A DNA stretch of 64,000 bases. Origin: an uncultured Bacteroidota bacterium (lineage in GTDB: Bacteria > Bacteroidota > Bacteroidia > Bacteroidales > M50B96). The translations under genes were made by a program, and so were the position numbers. Where the stretch lies: NCBI GenBank assembly GCA_937954085.1, contig CALGAK010000125.1, positions 43,224 through 107,223 on the forward strand. The letters are read 5' to 3'. Shown here piece after piece: positions 19,893-29,225 of the stretch. A model generated the notes under the pieces. It was given only the letters and a program-made list of their open reading frames with translations, ran no database searches and had not been told where the DNA came from. Numbering within the stretch: position 1 is the stretch's first letter; every line of letters starts with the position of its first letter.

Positions 19893-20825
19893 ATGACCTT
19901 ACAACAACTCGAGTATTTAGTGGCTTTAGACAAACACCGTAACTTCGTAAAAGCAGCCGAGAGCTGCTATGTGACGCAACCCACCCTTACCATGCAATTG
20001 AAAAAGCTGGAAGAAGAATACGGTTTCCAGCTCTTTAATCGAAGTGAAAAACCACTCCGTCCGACCGAAAATGGCCTCATTTTCATCGAAAAAGCGCGCG
20101 AGATTTTATCGCGGGTGGAGGAATTAAAAGGATTTATGAAAACGAATACCGAAGACATTAACGGCGAATTTACCATGGGAATCATCCCTACTCTCGCTCC
20201 TTACATCTTGCCACGGTTTCTACCCTACTTCATTGAGGCGTTTCCTGAATCGAAACTTTTCATTCAAGAACTACAATCGGAACAAATCATTGAAAAACTC
20301 AAATCCAACCAACTCGATTTAGCCATTATTGTAACCCCCTTGCACGAATATGCCCTGCGCGAAATACCCTTATGCAACGAAACCTTCTTGGTTTATCTGC
20401 CGGAAAATTGCCCGCTCATTCATCATCACGAATTGGTCGATGCCGATTTAGAGGCTTACGAATTGCTTTTATTGGAAGAAGGACATTGCTTTAGAGACCA
20501 AGCCCTGAATATTTGCAAATCGATTCCACGCGACTCCAATCGATTCATCTACCAAAGTGGTTCCATCGAAACACTCAAATCGCTTGTTGATAAAGGTCTG
20601 GGATACACACTTATACCGGAGTTATCGATAACCACTCACGACGATTCGCGGCGGATCAAACGATTTCGCGAACCGGAACCTTCGCGTGAAATCAGCCTTG
20701 TAGTAAACAAAGCCTTTCACCGGGAACGACTACTGGATAATATTCGAAAAGTACTCCACGATCATTTGCCCGAAGCCATGGTAAAAAACCGACCGCGGGT
20801 CAGAATAAACTGGCGGACGAAATAA
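19893..20825 (+). CDS. oxyR: LysR-family hydrogen-peroxide sensor OxyR
   Basis: The HTH reads MTLQQLEYLVALDKHRNFVKAAESCYVTQPTLTMQLKKLE and the redox Cys region reads LLLEEGHCFRDQAL. The gene is divergent from dps. Confidence 0.85.
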   Translation: MTLQQLEYLVALDKHRNFVKAAESCYVTQPTLTMQLKKLEEEYGFQLFNRSEKPLRPTENGLIFIEKAREILSRVEELKGFMKTNTEDINGEFTMGIIPTLAPYILPRFLPYFIEAFPESKLFIQELQSEQIIEKLKSNQLDLAIIVTPLHEYALREIPLCNETFLVYLPENCPLIHHHELVDADLEAYELLLLEEGHCFRDQALNICKSIPRDSNRFIYQSGSIETLKSLVDKGLGYTLIPELSITTHDDSRRIKRFREPEPSREISLVVNKAFHRERLLDNIRKVLHDHLPEAMVKNRPRVRINWRTK

Positions 20826-21776
20826 CTATTTGCCTAGTTTCTTGGCCGTTTCGGAAAGCATGGTACTGGTTAAGCGAGGTAAATCGTAACCCGTTGTTAA
20901 ACCCCAGTCGGCCCGTGCCACAGAATCGTCGATACTGGCAGGCCAACTATCGGCAATAGCCTGCCGGAAATCGGGTGCATAGGAAATTTCAAACTCTGGC
21001 ATCAGCTTACAAATTTCGTGGCTCAATTCACGAGGATTAAAGCTAATTCCTGCCACATTATACGATGAGCGAACCCGAACACGGGAAGCCTCTGCTTCCA
21101 TCAAATCGATGGTAGCTTTGATCGCATCTTCCATAAACATCATGGGTAAGGAAGTTTCTTCGCTCAGGAAACACTCGTAGCGACCATGTCGAATAGCTTC
21201 GTAAAAGATCTCTACTGCATAATCGGTGGTTCCTCCGCCTGCTTCGGTTTTATAGGAAATAAGTCCCGGATAACGAATGCTACGAACATCGAGCCCATAG
21301 CGGTTAAAGTAATACTCACACCAACGTTCACCAGCCAATTTGCTTATTCCATAAACCGTATTGGGCTCCATAATAGTAAGCTGAGGCGTTTGCTCGCGGG
21401 GAGTTGTAGGACCAAAAACAGCAATCGAACTAGGCCAAAAAAGCTTTTTCACTCCCACTTCTCTGGCAATCTCGAGGACCGAAAGAAGCGACTTCATATT
21501 GATATCCCAAGCAGCCAAAGGCAATTTCTCGGCATTGCCGGAAAGAACCGCAGCCAAATGATAAATCTGCGTAATCTTATTTCGAATGATGAAATGGATT
21601 AAGCGTTTTTCGTCGAGAACATCTAATATTTGAAAAGGACCACTTTCCAAAACATCGGGTGGGGCCGATTTTATATCGGTCGCAAACACGTGCTCGTTTC
21701 CGTAAATCTTGCGTAATTCCATGGTCAGTTCCGAGCCAATTTGACCGGAACAACCAATAATCATGATGTTTTCCAT
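20826..21776 (-). CDS. NAD-dependent epimerase/dehydratase family protein, probably a GalE-like L-threonine 3-dehydrogenase
   Basis: It has the Rossmann motif IMIIGCSGQIGSEL and the YxxxK motif in VYGISKLAGE. The overall resemblance is to SDR-type threonine dehydrogenases. Confidence 0.6.
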   Translation of the reverse strand: MENIMIIGCSGQIGSELTMELRKIYGNEHVFATDIKSAPPDVLESGPFQILDVLDEKRLIHFIIRNKITQIYHLAAVLSGNAEKLPLAAWDINMKSLLSVLEIAREVGVKKLFWPSSIAVFGPTTPREQTPQLTIMEPNTVYGISKLAGERWCEYYFNRYGLDVRSIRYPGLISYKTEAGGGTTDYAVEIFYEAIRHGRYECFLSEETSLPMMFMEDAIKATIDLMEAEASRVRVRSSYNVAGISFNPRELSHEICKLMPEFEISYAPDFRQAIADSWPASIDDSVARADWGLTTGYDLPRLTSTMLSETAKKLGK

Positions 21777-21881
21777 ATCGATTCGCTTCTTAAGTGAATG
21801 GAAGCAAATTTACAGATTTATAGGTCCCTTGCAGGGTCGGACAAGTATTCTACAACATACCTTCGGAAAATAATCGAAGGA

Positions 21882-24800
21882 TTAAATCCATTTCACCAGA
21901 TTAAAATCCTGACGATGGGGCAAATCGGTATGATGCGCAAACATCCTGACACCAATTTGAATGGCTCCTGGCTTCAAGGGTTTGAATTCACATTCGTAAA
22001 ATGCCATTTTCCCTTCGGTTTTAACCAAACGATAGGGCAATTGTTGCTCTATTTGAATGCGCTGTTTCCGATTCTTACTGGCCAATACTAATTCCAGCGA
22101 TAAATCTTCAGGATTCATTTCTCCTAAGTGCAAGGTAATTCGGGTCGTTAAAGGCTCTCCAATGGTGAGGTTATGCAAATCGACCGAGGTTAAATCGTTC
22201 GAAACTATGCGGATTTCATTCCAGGATTTTTGGACTCTTTTCTTCCACAAGGTAAGGCCATGAGCTAACTCGTAATCGTCGTCCTTCATGCGGTAAGTAC
22301 GCTCTAATAAGCGTTTATAAAAGCGTTCCTGATAATGCTCAATCATTCGTTTCATCGTAAACTGGGGAGCAATCGCTGCAATGGAATTCTTCATATAACT
22401 AACCCACTTAACCGGAATTCCATTTTCGGAATAATCGTAATATCCGGGGGCAATTTCCTGCTCAATGATGTTGTACAAGAGCTCGGCATCCAGCTTGTTT
22501 TGTAAGTCCTGATCCTCGTAGGTGCGTTCCATCGGTAATGCCCATCCGGCATTTTCGCGATAACCTTCAACCCACCAACCATCGAGTACCGAAAAATGCA
22601 AGCCACCATTCATAACTGCTTTCATTCCACTGGTACCACTGGCCTCCAAAGGACGAGTAGGAGTATTTAACCAAACATCTACTCCCTGAACTAACTTCTT
22701 CGCTAATTCGATGTCGTAATTCTCTAAAAAGAGAATCTTACCTAAGAACTCAGGCTGACGGGAAATATCGACAATCTTCTTGATAATTTCCTGTCCGGGA
22801 ATATCGTTCGGATGCGCTTTTCCGGCAAATAAGAAAATAATGGGGCGATCGGTGTCGCTTAATATCCGGCGTAAGCGTTCAATATCCGAAAATAATAAAT
22901 AGGCACGCTTATACGTGGCAAAACGACGGGCAAATCCAATGATGAGACTATGCTCATCGAGGTTTTTCAACACTTCGGTAATGCTGGTCGGACTCTCATG
23001 ACGACGAAGCCAATTGGTATTAACGCGCTCTTTGAGGTAATCGATTAGCAGTTTTTTCTGATGCAGATGGATGTTCCAAACACGCTCGTCGGAAACGTGG
23101 CGAATGTGATTCCAATGGCTAGGCTGATGCTGTTCGTAAATAAAATCTTTACCAAAAACTTCCTCGTATAATTGCTGCCATTCGGGTGCTGTCCAGCTCT
23201 GATAATGAACACCATTGGTCACATACGAAATATGAAGTTCATCGGGATAATAGGCAGGATACATTGGCTGAAACATGTCCTTGCTAATTTCGCCATGTAA
23301 CCAGCTAACCGCATTCACTTCCTGCGATAAGTTAACCGCTAGTAAACTCATGGAGAAATTCTCGGCCTTATCTTCTACCTTCAATTTACCCAAAGCTAAG
23401 AACTCTTCCCAGCTAATTTTCAACCGATAAGGATAATGGCTCATGTAGGTTCGCAGCAAATCTTCATGAAAGGAATCGTGACCGGCAGGTACCGGGGTAT
23501 GGGTCGTGAACAAGGTCGATACCCGAACAATTTCTTTCGCTTCCTGGAAGCTCATCTTCTCGTGGTAAATGAATTTACGCAATCGCTCTAATCCAATGAA
23601 AGCAGCATGTCCTTCGTTGCAATGATAAAGCATCGGATCGATTCCCATGGCATCGAGGGCACGAATACCTCCTACCCCGAGAATCATTTCCTGTTTCAAA
23701 CGATTCTCATTATCGCCACCATAAAGAGCATGGGTTATAGCTCGGTCGGCTTCCAGATTATCGTCTAAATCCGTATCTAACAAGTAGAGTTTGATGCGGC
23801 CAACCTTCACTTCCCAAATCTTTGCATACACTGTTCTTCCGGGGAAAACCACCGAAATCTTTCGTTCATTTCCTGCTTCGTCCAGCACCGGCTCAACCGG
23901 GATAAGCGAAAAATCTTGCTGAGGATATTCGGCTACTTGCTCGCCTTTTAGAGAAATGATCTGACGGAAATAACCGGTACGATACAGCAAGCCAATTCCA
24001 ACCATGTTCACGCGGGAATCGGAAGCTTCTTTTAAATAATCGCCCGCTAAAATTCCCAATCCACCAGAGAAAATCTTCAAGGAATCGTGGAAACCGAATT
24101 CCATGCTGAAGTAAGCAATGTGTTTTTCGGGTTCAAGAAAGGGAGTGTGCATGTAAGCATCGAATTGCTTCAGTACATCGTGATAATGCTTTCTGAACGA
24201 ATCATTTTTCTCTAAATCGCTAAAGCGATCGTAACCAATCGAATTGAGCATCACAATCGGATTATAGCGGCTCGCACGCCACAGCTCTTCATCGATCGAT
24301 TTCCATAATTCAATAGCCGAATAGTTCCACGTCCACCATAAATTCTGCGCCAGTTCTTTTAAACGGGCATAGCTTTCGGGCACATAGGATTTAACCAGTG
24401 CCTCGTGCCATTTAGGGCTAAGCGACTCATCGGGTTTATGAGTAGGTAATTCAGCAATGGAAAATAAGTCGGTGAATTGGTCGCGTCGTTCATCGGCTTG
24501 CACCAATGCTTTACTCCAGGCTTCGCGAATAAGCGGGAAGAAAGATTCCCAACGTGCCTCTTTCGCTATGGCAAAAGCACTTTCCGACTGCAACTGATAC
24601 TCTTCCGGACTTAAATGCGAATACTGATGCATCCAATTCGCAATGGATTCCACAATCTCATCGTCGTTATGCTGATTCCGATGAAGCAAATGCAAGCCTT
24701 TTTCGGTATTCAAGCCCGACTTGATAACCCATTTTCCAAAACCCGATTGATCGGTTGCAATGGATGGAATACCCATGGAAATACTTTCGAGAGGCGAATA

Positions 24801-26126
24801 GCCCCAGGCTTTATACAATGCCGGAAACACTGTTAAATCGAAACCGGCTAAGAGGTCGCTATAAGGCCGGTTGAACAAGCCATCCTTTCCGTTTAAAAAT
24901 GCGGGAACATAAATTACTTGTAAAGTATGATCGGTGGCATTTTCCGAACCAATTTCCTTCAAAATAGGAACAATACTATCCGATTCGGTATCGTGTAATC
25001 CATGCGAAATGAAAGGGAAATCGGGAGTATCCAACAACTTACCTGATTGATAGCGGTTTAAAACTTCTTTCCGAACACCATAGTGAGGAGCACGCACAAA
25101 AACATAGGCAACGATTGATCGCTTGAGTTGATTTTTTTCCTTTAATTTTTTTAGCGCCTCGAGAAATACATCTACTCCTTCGTTTCGAAAGTTCTTCCGA
25201 CTCACGTGAGCAACAAAAAAGGCATCAGCGGCAGGTTTCTGGCCCGTAATTGCCTGGCTAAATTCCAGCAATGCTGCTCGGGAACTACTCCGTTTTTCGG
25301 TCCAACCCGATACTTCTTCGTGAGCTAAATCGATTCCATTGGGTGTGATTAAATCCACATTGCTACCAACCGTTTTGCGATATTCATCGGCTACAATGGT
25401 ACTCACTACCGTTAAAGAATCGGCTTGAGAGGAAGCAATTTTTTCGATAGAGACTTTTGAAACAGCCTGATGATTGGCAGCCATTTCGTGAAAATTCAAG
25501 GAAGATAATTGATCGAGATAAGCATAGTAATCTTCCTTGGCTAAAAGACTACCCATTACGGTATCGTGTGCCGTAAAAACGGTCGCCACGTAAGGTGCTT
25601 TTTCCTTCAGATACAAGATTCCCGCTCCGGAGGTCCACTCCTGAAAATGGGCCACTACTTTGGTTTGAATCGTAAAATGATAGCGGGTGAAGCTTTCGAT
25701 TACTTTTCCGGCAGCATAACCAAATAAAATCGGTTCAACATAATCCCACTGACCGGTTAGCGAGTCGAGCTGATAGCGTTCCCAAAAATGACTGAGTATC
25801 TCATTCTTTTGAGCGATAAAAGGGGTAAAATCGACAATGATAACGACAGGATTGGCAGGAATTTTCCAGCGACCGATACGAACCCGTAACCCTTCTTTTT
25901 CCGCATAAGCCCTCCACGATGCATATAACTCTTTGTCTTCGATAAATTCGGGATGTGTTTGCGTTTCGCGATACACATCGGGACCAATGGAAATGAAGTT
26001 TTGTTGAAACTCGCTGGCATAAAGGCCCGCTTTGGAGGTAAGCATGCTATGTACTCCACCGGAGCGGTTACAAACTTCCCAATGTGCTTCGAATAAAACT
26101 TCTGGTTGTTGAGCGTGTGAATTCAT
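21882..26126 (-). CDS. Fusion protein: GT3 (eukaryote-type) glycogen synthase domain plus alpha-glucan phosphorylase (GT35, GlgP-type)
   Basis: The N-half contains LFEAHWEVCNRSGGVHSMLTSKA. The C-half contains the DUF3417-like LWWTWNYSAIELW and the PLP-Lys motif EASGTSGMKAVMNGG. The ORF is one uninterrupted run of 1414 codons. Confidence 0.8.
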   Translation of the reverse strand: MNSHAQQPEVLFEAHWEVCNRSGGVHSMLTSKAGLYASEFQQNFISIGPDVYRETQTHPEFIEDKELYASWRAYAEKEGLRVRIGRWKIPANPVVIIVDFTPFIAQKNEILSHFWERYQLDSLTGQWDYVEPILFGYAAGKVIESFTRYHFTIQTKVVAHFQEWTSGAGILYLKEKAPYVATVFTAHDTVMGSLLAKEDYYAYLDQLSSLNFHEMAANHQAVSKVSIEKIASSQADSLTVVSTIVADEYRKTVGSNVDLITPNGIDLAHEEVSGWTEKRSSSRAALLEFSQAITGQKPAADAFFVAHVSRKNFRNEGVDVFLEALKKLKEKNQLKRSIVAYVFVRAPHYGVRKEVLNRYQSGKLLDTPDFPFISHGLHDTESDSIVPILKEIGSENATDHTLQVIYVPAFLNGKDGLFNRPYSDLLAGFDLTVFPALYKAWGYSPLESISMGIPSIATDQSGFGKWVIKSGLNTEKGLHLLHRNQHNDDEIVESIANWMHQYSHLSPEEYQLQSESAFAIAKEARWESFFPLIREAWSKALVQADERRDQFTDLFSIAELPTHKPDESLSPKWHEALVKSYVPESYARLKELAQNLWWTWNYSAIELWKSIDEELWRASRYNPIVMLNSIGYDRFSDLEKNDSFRKHYHDVLKQFDAYMHTPFLEPEKHIAYFSMEFGFHDSLKIFSGGLGILAGDYLKEASDSRVNMVGIGLLYRTGYFRQIISLKGEQVAEYPQQDFSLIPVEPVLDEAGNERKISVVFPGRTVYAKIWEVKVGRIKLYLLDTDLDDNLEADRAITHALYGGDNENRLKQEMILGVGGIRALDAMGIDPMLYHCNEGHAAFIGLERLRKFIYHEKMSFQEAKEIVRVSTLFTTHTPVPAGHDSFHEDLLRTYMSHYPYRLKISWEEFLALGKLKVEDKAENFSMSLLAVNLSQEVNAVSWLHGEISKDMFQPMYPAYYPDELHISYVTNGVHYQSWTAPEWQQLYEEVFGKDFIYEQHQPSHWNHIRHVSDERVWNIHLHQKKLLIDYLKERVNTNWLRRHESPTSITEVLKNLDEHSLIIGFARRFATYKRAYLLFSDIERLRRILSDTDRPIIFLFAGKAHPNDIPGQEIIKKIVDISRQPEFLGKILFLENYDIELAKKLVQGVDVWLNTPTRPLEASGTSGMKAVMNGGLHFSVLDGWWVEGYRENAGWALPMERTYEDQDLQNKLDAELLYNIIEQEIAPGYYDYSENGIPVKWVSYMKNSIAAIAPQFTMKRMIEHYQERFYKRLLERTYRMKDDDYELAHGLTLWKKRVQKSWNEIRIVSNDLTSVDLHNLTIGEPLTTRITLHLGEMNPEDLSLELVLASKNRKQRIQIEQQLPYRLVKTEGKMAFYECEFKPLKPGAIQIGVRMFAHHTDLPHRQDFNLVKWI

Positions 26127-26269
26127 TATTTAATATTTTGTTTTTCAGTAAATTAAATCATTTATAAAATGAAAATGGTGAACAAATTTGCAAACTAAAA
26201 ACGATAATTAAAACCAGTGCAAATCGTCAATCTGATCAGGATAGTCGGCGCAAACGATTGTTATAAAGA

Positions 26270-26331
26270 AAAATTCCGTTAAGATTTTTCTTTCTTCACC
26301 TAAAGGGATCGGAGATTCTTAACGGAATTTT
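26270..26331 (-). terminator. 15-bp perfect inverted repeat between the GH57 gene and the fusion gene (terminator/attenuator-like)
   Basis: AAAAATTCCGTTAAGA at 26270-26284 pairs with TCTTAACGGAATTTT at 26317-26331 around a 32-nt loop. On the minus strand it is followed by TCTTTAT. Confidence 0.4.
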
Positions 26332-26352
26332 CAGTTAGCAAGCATTCAAATA

Positions 26353-27639
26353 TTAGGCTTTTTTCTTTGCCTTCACTTTGCGCAAGGCTGCTTGATACTG
26401 CTTGATACTTGCCTCAAGCTCTTCTTGACTTAGATCGGAGGAAAGGACCTCCGGAGCTGTTTTGCTCACCCGAATACTAAAATCGCTCAACACATTCATG
26501 TAGTTAATAAATGCATCGTAGGGCGATTGATACGGGTTGAAATACTTGTGCACATCGCCATCGGAGAACCATTTGGTGCACATGTAGTAAAAGTGATCGC
26601 TGGTTTGCAAGTTGAGCCAATCGCGCTGCAGGCCAGGATCGTTTACTTTTTCCATTGCTTCGCTTAATTGATACAATTTTGCAAAAGCTTCATCCTGAAG
26701 CTCATTTCCTAACCAAGCGGTAAGGTCGCGTTCTTCGTCGGCCCAGGATATGGTATTTGGCACATGAACCGCAGCTACAGCATCGTACTTTTTAGCTACT
26801 TCGGAAGGAGTGATGAAATCGATTTCTGTCCGATCGATAATTTGTTGCGGAAAAGCTTTCAGAAATTCAAAAATACCGGATTCAGCTGGTTGATGCTCTC
26901 CAAAAGTTTCATAGTCCATGAAAAGATTTAACACATCTTCCGCCGGATCGAGTGCTTGTATCCAGTTCACGTATTTATCGGCGGTAAGTGGCCATTGTTC
27001 CCAAGCTTGATTGCTAAATCGGAAAGCGATGTCGTCGCTCATCCGAAAATTTTTCAGCAATAATTTCAATTTCGGATTATTAGCATTGCAGTACACATAA
27101 TTCGGGCTCTTCCATCCAAGAACGTGTTTAGCACCTTCGGTAAGCATGGTTTTATATCCCATGTTTGCCACACGCTCTCCAATTACATCGGAGTAAATGA
27201 GCTCGGTATTACGGAAAACCTTGGGAGTTAGTCCAAAATGTTGCTTAATCTTATCGGCGTGTAGTTTAACCTGTTCCTTGAATGCTTTTTCTGTTTGGAG
27301 GGAAACCAGCGAGTGGCTGTATGTTTCGGCAAGAAATTCCACTTTACCGGTATCGGCGAGTTTTTTAAAACTCTGCAACACTTCAGGCGCATACCATTCG
27401 AATTGCTCCATGGCTGTGCCGGATATAGAAAAACTCAATTTAAACTTGCCACCATTTCGCTCGATCAAATCAAGTAAGATTTGATTGGCTGGTAAATAGG
27501 AATTCCTGGCTACTTTTTGCATGATGCTCCGATTCGCATAATCGTCGTAGTAATAGGAATCGTTTCCAATATCGAAAAATCGGTAGCGCTTTAAACGAAA
27601 AGGCTGGTGCACCTGAAAGTAGAGACAAATCGATTTCAT
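26353..27639 (-). CDS. Glycoside hydrolase family 57 (alpha-amylase-like)
   Basis: The GH57 conserved regions are YFQVHQPFR, GKVEFLAETYSHS, FRNTELIYS, MDYETFGEH and TSDHFYYM. Confidence 0.85.
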   Translation of the reverse strand: MKSICLYFQVHQPFRLKRYRFFDIGNDSYYYDDYANRSIMQKVARNSYLPANQILLDLIERNGGKFKLSFSISGTAMEQFEWYAPEVLQSFKKLADTGKVEFLAETYSHSLVSLQTEKAFKEQVKLHADKIKQHFGLTPKVFRNTELIYSDVIGERVANMGYKTMLTEGAKHVLGWKSPNYVYCNANNPKLKLLLKNFRMSDDIAFRFSNQAWEQWPLTADKYVNWIQALDPAEDVLNLFMDYETFGEHQPAESGIFEFLKAFPQQIIDRTEIDFITPSEVAKKYDAVAAVHVPNTISWADEERDLTAWLGNELQDEAFAKLYQLSEAMEKVNDPGLQRDWLNLQTSDHFYYMCTKWFSDGDVHKYFNPYQSPYDAFINYMNVLSDFSIRVSKTAPEVLSSDLSQEELEASIKQYQAALRKVKAKKKA

Positions 27640-27754
27640 TTCTTTTTATTTATGTTTTGGAGGGTTAATGAAGAATTTTCCAGTCAATCATCCTTCGGCC
27701 TCATACGTTATTGATTCGTTTTAATGAAAGGGAAAAAATCCCTTGTAATGTACG

Positions 27755-29065
27755 TTAAATAGCTGAATTAGTCTTAGAAAAATGCCTCAAAGTTTCGGAA
27801 TAAACATCGATTACTTTAACGGCAGCATTTTCCCACTTAAGGCTCTCTACCTCCGCTTTACCGTGCTCTCGGAACATCTTGTTAAGACCTTCGTACTGAA
27901 GTAAACCATAAATCGCATCGGCCATCGCATCTACATCCCAAAAGTCGACAGTAACTGCATGTTTTAAGATTTCGGCGACCCCCGATTGTTTCGAAATAAT
28001 TACCGGAACATTCGAACGCATGGCTTCTAGTGGCGATATGCCGAAAGGTTCGGAAACCGATGGCATAACGTAAACATCGCTTAGGTTAAACATATTGGGA
28101 ACTTCGTCGCCTTTAAGGAAGCCGGCAAAATGAAACCGGTCGGCTATTTTCAATTGCGCTACCCTTCGAATAATTTTGTGCATCATATCGCCACTTCCGG
28201 CCATAACAAAGCGCACATTGGGATATTTTTTCAGCACCTTAGCCGCTGCTTCCACAAAATACTCAGGTCCTTTTTGATAGGTAATTCGTCCTAAGAAAGT
28301 CACAATCTTTTCATCTACTCCTTTGGTGTACTGAAAATCGGATTTCATTTCAACGGGCTCAACGGCATTGTGTACCACCGTAACTTTCTCGGGTGGAATG
28401 CCATACTTTTCAATGACCGTTGTTCGGGTTAAGTTACTTACAGCTATTACCTTATCGGCGGCCATCATTCCTTCGCGCTCAATTTCGTAAATGATGGTAT
28501 TTACATTTTCACCTGTACGGTCGTACTCCGTTGCATGAATATGCACTACAAGTGGTTTTCCACTCACCTCTTTAGCAGCTATTCCGGCTTTGTAAGTGAG
28601 CCAATCGTGTGCATGGATAATATCGAACTCGTTTTCGGAAGCAATCACCGAACCCAATAAAGCGTATCGGGAAACTTCTTCGAGTAAAGTGGGACCATAT
28701 TTGCCAGAGAATTTAAAATCGCCGGAAAAAACCGACTCAAAATCAGTTTTCTTTTCAACAAAATCCTCCGATTGAATTCGTTCGTATTCCTCCGGGCTCA
28801 AATAGGGAATAAGCTTCGCTCCTACTTCGATGTAAGTAAGACGAGACCAAAACTCGCTATTCTTATAGATTCGCTCGCTTAGCTGAACTCCTTCGGCTTG
28901 CTTAATTTTTAAAAAGGATTCATCCTCATCGCCATAAGCTTTAGGAACCACAAATACGATATCCACTAAATGATGGGCTAAACCGCGAGTGAGACCATAA
29001 CAGGCCGTACCTAAACCTCCGGTTATGTGAGGGGGAAACTCCCAACCAAACATGAGTACTTTCAT
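27755..29065 (-). CDS. GT4 glycosyltransferase (alpha-glucan/glycogen synthase-like)
   Basis: The N-terminus is MKVLMFGWEFPPHITGGLGTACYGL and the C-domain motif is PSVSEPFGISPLEAM. It sits between the GH57 gene and the debranching-enzyme gene. Confidence 0.8.
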   Translation of the reverse strand: MKVLMFGWEFPPHITGGLGTACYGLTRGLAHHLVDIVFVVPKAYGDEDESFLKIKQAEGVQLSERIYKNSEFWSRLTYIEVGAKLIPYLSPEEYERIQSEDFVEKKTDFESVFSGDFKFSGKYGPTLLEEVSRYALLGSVIASENEFDIIHAHDWLTYKAGIAAKEVSGKPLVVHIHATEYDRTGENVNTIIYEIEREGMMAADKVIAVSNLTRTTVIEKYGIPPEKVTVVHNAVEPVEMKSDFQYTKGVDEKIVTFLGRITYQKGPEYFVEAAAKVLKKYPNVRFVMAGSGDMMHKIIRRVAQLKIADRFHFAGFLKGDEVPNMFNLSDVYVMPSVSEPFGISPLEAMRSNVPVIISKQSGVAEILKHAVTVDFWDVDAMADAIYGLLQYEGLNKMFREHGKAEVESLKWENAAVKVIDVYSETLRHFSKTNSAI

Positions 29066-29225
29066 CTGTCTATTTTAAAATTTCATTATTCAGAAGAAAC
29101 TTAATCTGCATTCACCGATTTTTCCATGCGCCTATTGGGTGGTGAATGCTTTTCGTTTCTGGCTTCTATCATTCAACAGGAAGGGAGGACATCATTAAGA
29201 ACAGAAGTCCACCCTTGCTGTTTTC

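Noticed and set aside
21798-22091. A 97-aa + strand ORF spans the intergenic region and the 3' end of the synthase-phosphorylase gene.
   Set aside because: It is mostly antisense to a strongly supported CDS, and it has no recognisable motif.
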